From Candidatus Woesearchaeota archaeon (GTDB lineage Archaea; Nanobdellota; Nanobdellia; Pacearchaeales; GW2011-AR1): 64,000 bases of DNA. The translations under genes were made by a program, and so were the position numbers. Of the stretch, positions 56,183-64,000 are shown one piece after another; the first letter of the stretch is position 1; every line of letters begins with the position of its first letter. The notes beneath the pieces were generated by a model. It did not search any database, had not been told where the DNA came from, and saw nothing but the letters and a program-made list of their open reading frames with translations. The stretch lies in contig CAYFMD010000003.1 in NCBI GenBank assembly GCA_964344105.1, forward strand, positions 8,066-72,065, given 5' to 3'.

Positions 56183-57447
56183 ATGGCAAGAGAGATGAAT
56201 AGAAGAAGTGCGATGAGGACATTAGCTGCTGGAGTTGGTGGAGTAAGTCTTGCTGGATTGGCTGCAATGGTTGGTAGGGATAGCCCTTCAGGTTCAGTTT
56301 TAATCGACCCTGTTCATGGTGAACTTAGGCCTGTTGTTTTTCAAGATTCTGATCCTAATTGGATTGTGGGAGATAATGGTCATTTGTGGCAGTGGATTAA
56401 TCACCCTTTTAGACATAATGAAAAAGACGTTACTTGGTATGATGGCCATAGCGGTGTTGCTCAGTCTAAGGATAATTTGTTCTTAGGGCAGACTAGTAGA
56501 TTTGGATCTAATAATAAACCTCACCATAATGTTTGGGTTTATGGAACTAAACCAGATGATAATGGGCAATTTGAATTGAAGGGCTCTTTTGGTAATTTTC
56601 ATCCTATTGCTCCTCATGGTGTTAATGTGCAGGAAGAAGGCGGACAAGAATTTGCTTATCTAGCCTTTAGTAATGGGGCTTTGTTGTTAAGACTGACCTT
56701 AAGGGTAGGGAAGTTTGGAGAGTTGGTAGGCCTGATAAAGAATCTGAAAATTATGGCCCGAGTTCGGCCTTCAAACCAACTAATGTAGCTTTTACAAGGG
56801 AAGGTAATGTTTTGGTAAGCGATGGATATGGAAGTGGTTGGACAATTGAGTATGATAAAAATGGAAAGTTTATTCAAGACTTTGGTGGAAGATTGAAAGA
56901 TAGGAAAGCTTTCACTGCGGGTAAGTTTACTACAGCTCACGGTGTTGATGTATTTAATGCAGGAGCTTATGATGTTGTTACTGTTGCAGATAGAGAGAAG
57001 CAAAGGGTTCAGCATTTTGTTAGAGATAGAGATGGGGAGTTTCAATATGTAAGTATGAGTGCTAAAACTGGAAGTATTGGTCTTAATGAATTAGAAGGCG
57101 GTCTTGAACCTATTGGTGGTCTTGATCAGACAGATCAAATGGGTAATGCTTGTAATATTAGATATAGCCCTGATCAAAAGTTTGCAGTTGTTCCTGAGTT
57201 GACATCTAGGGTAACTGTATATAATGTTGGGCCTGATGGTGGTTTGACTGATGTTGTTGCCCATTTAGGTGATGGAAGGCCTCATAGGCCAAATAGGGGC
57301 AAGGCAGACAATACTTGGCCTGGATACTTTGCTACTCCTCATTACGCAGGATTCCATGGTAATCCTGGCGACATAGTTGTTAGTCAGTATACTAATGCTG
57401 GAGCAGGCAGTGTATTGTTAAGAAAGCTTGCTGATAAGAAGGCTTAA
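56183..57447 (+). pseudogene. Tat-signal NHL-repeat beta-propeller protein interrupted by a -1 frameshift in a G4 run (56675-56678)
   Basis: ORF 56183-56788 (MNRRSAMRTLAAGVGG...) and ORF 56812-57447 are continuous if one G is added to the gggg run. The repaired sequence reads ...AFSNGGFVVKTDLKGREVWRVGRPDKESENYGPSSAFKPTNVAFTREGNVLVSDGYGSGW..., an NHL-repeat-like pattern. Confidence 0.55.
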
Positions 57448-57490
57448 GCAATATACATATTTTTTTAAACTAATTTAGTTCTAGGTTTTC

Positions 57491-58519
57491 ATGGAAGAAA
57501 CACCTCATTTTTTGTTTAAAGAGAAACAATTGGAGAAGAATTATAGGGAGTTTGAGAGACTTTGTAATGAGCATATTGGTAAGTATGTTATAGCTTATTC
57601 AATTAAGACAAATGGTTTTGGAGCTTTGATAAATAAGTTGCATGAGCTTGGAAGTAATTTTGAGGTTGCTTCTGAAGAAGAGATAATGAAGACTCCTGTT
57701 AAGGGAAAGATTTTCAATGGTGCTAGTAAAACTGAAGAAGAGTTGAGGATGGCTGTTGATGGTAAGTTTTTGATTAATGTGGATAGTAAGAGTGAGATTG
57801 ATAAGTTAATTAGAGTTTTGGATGGGAATGCTTTTAGTATTAGTTTGAGGGTTAGTTTGGAAGAAGGGAAGTTTGGATTTGATCCTGAAGTTATTAATGA
57901 GATTATTGATTATTGTTTTATGAATAATTTGAAGGTTATTGGATTGTCATTTCATCCTGGAACTCAAAAGAATTTTGATCAGTATCAGGATTATATTGGT
58001 TTGGTTGATAAGACTGTTGAGAAATTTAGTGATAAGATAGATTTGAAATATTTGGATGTTGGCGGAGGGTTTCCTGATAAAATTCAGTTAAGAAATTTGG
58101 GAGTTGGTTTGGAGGATTATATTAAGTTAGTTGCTGATTTGAAGAGATTTGGTGCTAGCATTGTTTTGGAACCTGGGAGGAATTTGGTTGCTGATGCTTT
58201 TGATCTTATTACAAAAGTTAATGTTGTTAAGATGAAAAAAGGAAAGAGATATGCTATTTTAGATGCTGGGATAAATTTATTGAGTAAGATTACTTTGGCT
58301 AGTTATAGGTTTGAGAAGGTTGGAGATAAAGAGGAAGGAGTTGGTGAAAATAAAGATTATATTTTAGCAGGACCTTTATTGTTTGGTAACGATGTTATTG
58401 GGAAGTTTAATGGTAAGTTGAAGGAAGGAGATTTAATTAGAGTTAGTAATGTTGGAGCATATTGTTTTAACCTTGGTTGGGAGATTAGTTATAGGAAGCC
58501 AAGAGTTTTTAGTGAGTGA
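57491..58519 (+). CDS. PLP-dependent decarboxylase, fold-type III (Orn/DAP/Arg decarboxylase family)
   Basis: It contains IAYSIKTNGF (lysine-PLP region), LEPGRNLVADA, GPLLFGNDVI and GAYCFN. Confidence 0.65.
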   Translation: MEETPHFLFKEKQLEKNYREFERLCNEHIGKYVIAYSIKTNGFGALINKLHELGSNFEVASEEEIMKTPVKGKIFNGASKTEEELRMAVDGKFLINVDSKSEIDKLIRVLDGNAFSISLRVSLEEGKFGFDPEVINEIIDYCFMNNLKVIGLSFHPGTQKNFDQYQDYIGLVDKTVEKFSDKIDLKYLDVGGGFPDKIQLRNLGVGLEDYIKLVADLKRFGASIVLEPGRNLVADAFDLITKVNVVKMKKGKRYAILDAGINLLSKITLASYRFEKVGDKEEGVGENKDYILAGPLLFGNDVIGKFNGKLKEGDLIRVSNVGAYCFNLGWEISYRKPRVFSE

Positions 58520-58562
58520 TTTTTCAAATAGATAGTTTTTTAAGTATCTTCTTAGAAATAGT

Positions 58563-58976
58563 TTGATGGTAGTCGCTGAATTGGAGCCTGTTGAAATTGT
58601 CCAACGTGTGGAGATAGAACCTGTTAGAACCGCCCAACATGGTCAAATTCCTATGGATTTGGAGTTAGTTGGTACTTTAACTGTTAAAAATAGTTCTACC
58701 TTTGGAAATGCTTTAAGATTGGATCTTGTTCTTGATGGAGAGGATGTACGTAGGAGTTCTTTGAGATTTTTCAATGAGGAGATTAGGCATGGAAAGGATT
58801 TTCAAAGGCGTGTTGATGAGGTTCTTTTTGGTAGGGGATATTATTTACTTAATGGGAGATATACTCCAAGAGGACCATTTGGGGCATATCCTGAACAAAT
58901 TCAAGGAGATCTTTATAGGGAAATTCCATGTATACCTTTTAATATGCCATTGGCTTATGTTTCTTATGGATTTTGA
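58563..58976 (+). CDS. hypothetical protein (137 aa)
   Basis: This is an ORF with no recognised motif. Confidence 0.3.
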   Translation: MMVVAELEPVEIVQRVEIEPVRTAQHGQIPMDLELVGTLTVKNSSTFGNALRLDLVLDGEDVRRSSLRFFNEEIRHGKDFQRRVDEVLFGRGYYLLNGRYTPRGPFGAYPEQIQGDLYREIPCIPFNMPLAYVSYGF

Positions 58977-59679
58977 AGAAGCTTATTTGACAATTTTGAA
59001 GGCTAGTAAGGAGAAGGATAGTGTTGAGGTGCCTACTATTTTATCTTGTGTTGATTTTTCTGGTAAAAAATGTTTGGAGATTGGTTGTGGTCCATTGGCT
59101 AGACTAGCTAGAGCAATAGCAGCTAATTCTAGTGTTTATAGTATAACTTGCACTGAGAATTATGATGGGTTTCTTAAGAAAGCTGAGGAGAATATATTTA
59201 TTGATGGGTATGGCGATTTAATTGACGTTATTTTAAATAAAGAAAAAACTAAGTTGCCTTTTGAGAATAATAGTTTTGATGTTGTTTATGGTGCATGGTT
59301 ACCTCATGCTTTGGTTACTGATGTAGAATTTTTAGATGAGCTTGTTCGTGTTTCTAAGAAAGATATTTTGTTAGTTATGCCTGGAATTGATGATGATCTA
59401 GTTGAAATGAAGTCTATTGCTTTTCCTGGTGAGAAAGAAAGGCGGGAGAAGTATAAATCTGATGTTGTTAGTTATTTGGAAGGCAAGGGCCTTAGTGTTA
59501 GTCTGAAGGAAGCTGATTTGAAATTGGATTTTGATAGTTTTGAGGATATTAAAGGTGTTTTTGATGTGTTTGATTTTAGTAAGGGCTATGAAGGCAAGGA
59601 GGAAGAAGTTGATGAATTCTTAAAGGGAAAGGTTCATAATATGAAGAATAGTTTCTATTGTATAATAGCGGAAAAATGA
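58966..59679 (+). CDS. class I SAM-dependent methyltransferase
   Basis: Motif I is CLEIGCGPLARLA. The start is taken at MDFEE. The upstream M-less extension in the ORF track overlaps the previous gene. Confidence 0.5.
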   Translation: MDFEEAYLTILKASKEKDSVEVPTILSCVDFSGKKCLEIGCGPLARLARAIAANSSVYSITCTENYDGFLKKAEENIFIDGYGDLIDVILNKEKTKLPFENNSFDVVYGAWLPHALVTDVEFLDELVRVSKKDILLVMPGIDDDLVEMKSIAFPGEKERREKYKSDVVSYLEGKGLSVSLKEADLKLDFDSFEDIKGVFDVFDFSKGYEGKEEEVDEFLKGKVHNMKNSFYCIIAEK

Positions 59680-60113
59680 TCTCAGAAAAAAATATAGAAA
59701 AAGCTAGAAGAGAAATTCAGAAGTTGGTTAGATCTGGTGAGAAAGTAATAGTCGAGGCTGGTGATGATAATTTTAATAGAAAGATATTTGAGATTAAAGA
59801 TGTGGATATGGTTGTTGGATTGGAGTTTGATAGAAGGGATAGGTTGAAGCAGCGTGATTCTGGGATGAATGAGATTCTTGCTAAGTTGGCTAAGAAAAAT
59901 GGAATTGTTGTTGGATTTGATGTTGCTAGGCTTTGTAAGTTAGATAGTTTGGAGAAGGGAAAGGTACTTTCTAGGTTGAGGCAGAATATTCAATTGTGTA
60001 AGAGAACTGGTGCTAGGATAGTTGTTCTTGGAGCTGGTGAGAAAGAGGCTAGTAGTTTGGTGGTTAGTCTTGGTGGGAGTACTGGGCAAGGTAAGCTGGC
60101 TTTTGAAGGTTAA
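59676..60113 (+). CDS. RNase P protein component 3 (Rpp30)-like, shortened (tentative)
   Basis: It contains IVVGFDVARL...QNIQLCKRTGARIVVLGAGEKEASSLVVSLGG, which resembles the Rpp30 TIM-barrel C-terminal half. It is joined by an ATGA overlap to the upstream gene. Confidence 0.3.
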   Translation: MISEKNIEKARREIQKLVRSGEKVIVEAGDDNFNRKIFEIKDVDMVVGLEFDRRDRLKQRDSGMNEILAKLAKKNGIVVGFDVARLCKLDSLEKGKVLSRLRQNIQLCKRTGARIVVLGAGEKEASSLVVSLGGSTGQGKLAFEG

Positions 60114-60114
60114 A

Positions 60115-60849
60115 ATGAAGTTATCAAAGAAACAATATGATCAGGTTAAGAAACAATTAGAAAATCATAATCGGGATGCAGGAGTTAGAAAGATTGTTCT
60201 AGATGAAGATAATAATATCTCCGTTGAGCTTTTTATTGAGAAAGGAGTTTTTGGTTCTGATATAATGAGTTCGGCCATGTATCTTGCTAAATTTTTGTAT
60301 GAACATCAGGAGTTGTATATTGGTAAGTCTGTATTAGATTTGGGGTGTGGACCTGGGACGCAGGGTATAGTTATGGCTACTTATGGAGCTAAATTAGTTA
60401 CACTTTCTGATATAAATCAGGGTGCCGTAGCTAATGCTGAGAAGAATATTGTTCGTAGGAATATTCTTAATGCAGAGATTTATCTGAGCGATTTATTTAA
60501 TGAAATCCCTAAGGATAAAAAATATGGGGTGGTAGTTTTTAATCACCCTTTCTTTTCTGATAATGCTGAAGATTTTGAAGGAGATCCTAATGATGATGTT
60601 ATGTTGAGGAAGAGTATGCTTGGAGGAGAGGATCTAATTAAGAGATTTTTTCGGCAGGTTTCTGATTATTTGAATGATGATGGAATTATTATTATGCCTT
60701 ACTTTCACTTTGCCGGTGTAGAGAATGACCCAAAGAATCATGTTGCCGATTATGATCTCAAAATAATTGATGAACATAGTTTTGGTTCTGATCATGGACT
60801 GCAGTTAGGAGATTCTTCTATCTATATAATATCTAAGGATAAAGCTTAA
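60115..60849 (+). CDS. MTS-type methyltransferase (HemK/Mtq2/RsmC-like, N-P-P-Y-like motif NHPF)
   Basis: Motif I is VLDLGCGPGTQGIVMA. Motif IV is VVVFNHPF. Confidence 0.5.
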   Translation: MKLSKKQYDQVKKQLENHNRDAGVRKIVLDEDNNISVELFIEKGVFGSDIMSSAMYLAKFLYEHQELYIGKSVLDLGCGPGTQGIVMATYGAKLVTLSDINQGAVANAEKNIVRRNILNAEIYLSDLFNEIPKDKKYGVVVFNHPFFSDNAEDFEGDPNDDVMLRKSMLGGEDLIKRFFRQVSDYLNDDGIIIMPYFHFAGVENDPKNHVADYDLKIIDEHSFGSDHGLQLGDSSIYIISKDKA

Positions 60850-61040
60850 ATACTAATTCTATATCTTAATTTCATGAAAGGTAAAAAGCTAGACCGGTTG
60901 AATTCGACTAGTTTTAACTTTGGTTTCTTTTACTTTTGGTAATTGTAAATCTGTTGGTCAGGTTTACAGTATAATTTAAGGTGAGTTGTACTATAATTCT
61001 GATTGATTTCATGATGTAAATAGGATAAAAAAATAAGAAA

Positions 61041-62114
61041 ATGACATATTTGGGAGATTTGAGATCGAGGTTAGTAGATGTACACATTGATGATAGGGCT
61101 CCTGTTGTGACTCCCAGAGCTGTTAAGGAGGAGTTTGAACTAACTGTTCCTTCTGCTGAGACTGTTTTGGGATCTAGAGAAGGTATTGAACAAATATTGG
61201 ATAGGGGGGATGATAGATTGATAGTTATTACAGGGCCTTGTTCAATACATAATTATGATGCAGCTATAGAATTTGGTCAGCATATAAAAGATTTGTCTGA
61301 AGATGTGGGGGATAAGATGTTATTGGTTATGAGGACTTATTTTGATAAGCCTAGAACAAGGGGTGGTTGGGAAGGATTTATTGCAGATCCTTGGATGAAT
61401 GGTACTTATGATATGAATACGGGGTATAGATCTGCAAGAAAGTTGCTTCTTGAATTAGCTGAAATGGGTGTTCCTACTGCTACAGAGGTTGTAGATATTG
61501 GTAGCACGCCTAATTATATTGATGATTGTTTGGGTTGGATGTGTATTGGTGCTAGGACGGTTGAATCTCAGTTTCATAGGAAAGTTGCTTCAGGTTTGTC
61601 AATGCCTGTTGGAATGAAAAATAGTACTTCAGGAGATATTGGACTTGCGGTTGATGCGGTTTATAGATCTCGTCAGCCTTCTGTTTTGAGAGCTACTGAT
61701 GAGGATTTGAATCTTGTTAGATTAACCACTCATGGAAATAATTATACTCATGTAGTTTTAAGGGGTGGAAATGGCACTCCTAATTACCATTTAGAAGGTG
61801 TTCGAAAGACAGTTGGTATGTTGGAGGATGCTGGATTGCCTCCAAATGTGATGATTGATTGCAGTCATGCAAATTCTGGAAAGGATCATAGAAGGCAGCC
61901 TGCCGTTTGGGAGGATGTTATAAGTCAGAGGGTTAATGGAAATAATAATATTATTGGAGTTATGTTGGAGGCAAATGTTCAGGAAGGGAGTCAACCATTT
62001 AAGTATCGGGAAACTGATCCTGGAACTTTAAGCCCTTATATTTCAGTTACTGATTCATGCATTCCTATGGAGACTAATGCTAGATTAATTAGAGGAGCAT
62101 ATGCTAAATTATAA
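61041..62114 (+). CDS. aroG: 3-deoxy-7-phosphoheptulonate (DAHP) synthase, class I-alpha (AroG/AroF type)
   Basis: It contains LIVITGPCSIHN, MRTYFDKPRTRGGWEGFIADP, IGARTVESQFHRKVASGLSMPVGMKN, DCSHANSGKDHRRQ and VMLEANVQEG. Confidence 0.85.
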   Translation: MTYLGDLRSRLVDVHIDDRAPVVTPRAVKEEFELTVPSAETVLGSREGIEQILDRGDDRLIVITGPCSIHNYDAAIEFGQHIKDLSEDVGDKMLLVMRTYFDKPRTRGGWEGFIADPWMNGTYDMNTGYRSARKLLLELAEMGVPTATEVVDIGSTPNYIDDCLGWMCIGARTVESQFHRKVASGLSMPVGMKNSTSGDIGLAVDAVYRSRQPSVLRATDEDLNLVRLTTHGNNYTHVVLRGGNGTPNYHLEGVRKTVGMLEDAGLPPNVMIDCSHANSGKDHRRQPAVWEDVISQRVNGNNNIIGVMLEANVQEGSQPFKYRETDPGTLSPYISVTDSCIPMETNARLIRGAYAKL

Positions 62115-62206
62115 TTTTATATACCTCTTATTCTAGATAATAAAATGACAGAAAATAGTAAATCAAAGATTTCCTAACCTGTCATTTTAAAACACGGAAG
62201 AATAAA

Positions 62207-63724
62207 ATGACAGACATGAAGAAACTGGTTGAATCGTTGAGTCCAAATGAGAGGTTGATAGTGCCACATTTAGGTGATGGAGGCACTATGGTTGAGCTTT
62301 CGGATAAGGCTGATTTAGATAAAACTAGTACATTGCGTTCTTTGCAGTTACTTTCTAATAAAGCTGCTGTTGAAATTGAATCCAGGGATGAGAAATCGGT
62401 TGAATTGGGTATTAATGGTTTGTTGTATGTTAAGAACGGTTTGCCTGAGAGAAGATTGGCTAATTTAGTTGTTGATAAATCTAGTATTGGAATGAAAGAT
62501 GCTATCAAGCAATCTAAGTTGAGTGATAATGAGTTTAAGGCTGCCCTGGGTGTTTTGAAGAGAAAGGCTTTGATAGATTTGAAAGAAGGTAATCTGGTTT
62601 TGAATGGTACTAAGGAGGAGTTGAGTAAGAGGACTTTGGAAGAGCAGTTTTTAGAAACCTTGCCTAGAGGGTTAGATAGTATGGAGCCTGAGGAAAAGTT
62701 TGCTTTTGAAAATTTGAAATCTAGGAAAAATATCATTGATGTTCAGGAGAGGAAGGTTGTTGAGTATAAGGTTACTGATCTTGGGAAGAAATTGATGAAA
62801 GAGAAGTTTGGTGATAAATTGATTGAGAGTGTTACTAGTAATCTTATTAGTAGTGGTAATTGGAAGGGTAAGAAATTTAGAAGATATGATATTACTAGTC
62901 CTGTTCCGAAGATTCATGGGGGCAAGAGGCATTTTGTGAATCAGGCGATGGATTATGGTAAGAGAATTTGGTTGGATATGGGTTTCAAAGAAATGACTGG
63001 AGATTATTTGCAGCCAGGATTTTGGAATTTTGATGCGTTATTTACTGCACAGGATCATCCTGTTAGGGAAATGCAAGATACATTCTTTTTGGATAAAAAA
63101 GGAAAACTTCCTGAAAAAGAAGTTGTTGAAAAGGTTAAGATGGCTCATGAAGGTGGGATTGAAGGTAGTAAGGGGTGGCAGGAGAAATGGGATGAGGATA
63201 AGAGTAAGCAAGTTAGTTTGAGAACACATACTACTTGTTTAAGTGCTAGAACCTTGTTGGAAATTGGAAAGAATAAAGAATTCCCTGCTAAGTATTTTGC
63301 TTTAGGTAAATGTTTTAGAAATGAGACTGTTGATTGGAGTCATGGTTTTGAGTTTAATCAGACTGAAGGAATTGTTGTGGATGAGAATGCCAATTTTAGA
63401 CAGTTGTTAGGTTATTTGATTGAGTTTTTTAAGAAAATGGGTTATGAGAAGATTAAAATCCGTCCGGGATATTTTCCGTATACAGAGCCTAGTTTAGAGA
63501 TAGATGTTTTCCATCCTGTTCATAAGAAATGGGTTGAATTAGGTGGTGCTGGAATGTTTAGGCCTGAAGTTACTATTCCTATGTTTGGTAGGCATATACC
63601 TGTTTTAGCTTGGGGCCCTGGATTCGATAGAATTATCATGGAGTTTTTTGAGATGAATGATCTGAGGGATATGTATAGAAATGATTTGAATAAATTAAGA
63701 GATATTAAAGTTTGGGATAAATGA
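62207..63724 (+). CDS. pheS: phenylalanyl-tRNA synthetase alpha subunit (archaeal/eukaryal type)
   Basis: It contains HPVREMQDTFF, LRTHTTCLSAR, GKCFRNETVDWSHGFEFNQTEG and AWGPGFDRI. Confidence 0.9.
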   Translation: MTDMKKLVESLSPNERLIVPHLGDGGTMVELSDKADLDKTSTLRSLQLLSNKAAVEIESRDEKSVELGINGLLYVKNGLPERRLANLVVDKSSIGMKDAIKQSKLSDNEFKAALGVLKRKALIDLKEGNLVLNGTKEELSKRTLEEQFLETLPRGLDSMEPEEKFAFENLKSRKNIIDVQERKVVEYKVTDLGKKLMKEKFGDKLIESVTSNLISSGNWKGKKFRRYDITSPVPKIHGGKRHFVNQAMDYGKRIWLDMGFKEMTGDYLQPGFWNFDALFTAQDHPVREMQDTFFLDKKGKLPEKEVVEKVKMAHEGGIEGSKGWQEKWDEDKSKQVSLRTHTTCLSARTLLEIGKNKEFPAKYFALGKCFRNETVDWSHGFEFNQTEGIVVDENANFRQLLGYLIEFFKKMGYEKIKIRPGYFPYTEPSLEIDVFHPVHKKWVELGGAGMFRPEVTIPMFGRHIPVLAWGPGFDRIIMEFFEMNDLRDMYRNDLNKLRDIKVWDK

Positions 63725-64000
63725 CAACGTTAACATTTAACAAAAAAGAATTGGAAGAGAAGATTGGCAAGATAGATGATAGTCTTAGAATGAATATAGA
63801 TATGTTTGGTACTCCCGTTGATGGTGAGACTGATGAGGAGATTACTATTGAGGTTTTCCCAAATAGGCCTGATTTACTTTCTATGCAAGGATTTGTTAGA
63901 GGGTTCAATAGGTTCATGAGTAAAGAAGAAACTAGGAATTATGTTGCCGAGAAACCTGAGAATGGTTATAAGGTTATTATTGATAAGTCAGTTAAACAAG
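63721..64000 (+). CDS. pheT: phenylalanyl-tRNA synthetase beta subunit, N-terminal part (continues beyond window)
   Basis: It has an ATGA overlap with pheS. The sequence MTTLTFNKKELEEKIGKIDD...FPNRPDLLSMQGFVRG matches the B1/B2 start of archaeal PheT. Confidence 0.75.
   Translation, partial: MTTLTFNKKELEEKIGKIDDSLRMNIDMFGTPVDGETDEEITIEVFPNRPDLLSMQGFVRGFNRFMSKEETRNYVAEKPENGYKVIIDKSVKQ

Noticed and set aside
57491-58519. Specific assignment of the fold-III PLP decarboxylase as LysA or as arginine/ornithine decarboxylase
   Set aside because: The motifs support only the family. At 342 aa it is shorter than typical LysA, and its substrate cannot be inferred from sequence alone.

Overview
This 64-kb window looks like part of a small, AT-rich archaeal genome, most likely a DPANN-type episymbiont; the sequence gives no direct taxonomic label, so that is inference. 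Three lines of evidence support it. First, the housekeeping genes are archaeal: ribosomal proteins L44e, S3Ae, L7Ae, S28e and L24e, Kae1, Gins51-like, ApgM, archaeal-type GluRS, PheRS alpha/beta, Elp3, an ArcTGT-like TGT and an Rpp30-like protein. Second, these are mixed with clearly bacterial-type genes: gyrB-gyrA, a zinc-finger-bearing DnaG primase, TruB, class I-alpha DAHP synthase and ScpA. Third, Shine-Dalgarno-like sequences are in use, for example 'aggaggt' 12 nt upstream of the ATG at 52861. Coding density is high and there are many ATGA-type start/stop overlaps. Three tRNAs are present: Val-GAC on the minus strand, Thr-TGT, and His-GTG with an encoded G-1 sitting directly upstream of hisS. 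The region from about 13.5 to 23.4 kb is a protein-glycosylation and cell-surface glycan cluster: a GT-C-like membrane protein, LicD, a gamma-class MTase-like protein, an ABC-2 permease, a sulfotransferase-TylF fusion, three GT4 genes and a GT2 Dol-P-hexose synthase-like gene. The most unusual part is 28.1-38.4 kb, with echoes at 1-1.7 kb and 52.3-53.1 kb. This is a minus-strand island of large secreted proteins and a secreted lipoprotein-like protein, interleaved with a family of about 250-aa paralogs. Each paralog starts with an archaeal class III (prepilin-like) signal, for example MQKRGQTTVLIILAIVIV, and shares GIQGGY, PYYYDQ and Cys motifs. A roughly 125-bp non-coding element is conserved in two copies about 15 kb apart, immediately upstream of two pilin-like genes. 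It contains a hairpin that incorporates the upstream gene's stop codon and a G3-N-G3-N-G3-N-G3 tract on the sense strand. One copy directly abuts a GluRS gene that lacks its anticodon-binding domain. Other oddities are listed below. A bacterial DnaG is translationally coupled to a 716-aa protein carrying a PD-(D/E)xK-like and a DEDD/RNase-H-like domain. A Tat-signal NHL-repeat gene is broken by a frameshift in a G4 run. An MTase has a GPPY motif instead of (N/D)PPY. Several palindromes lie in promoter regions. No CRISPR array, rRNA gene or unambiguous IS/transposase was seen.
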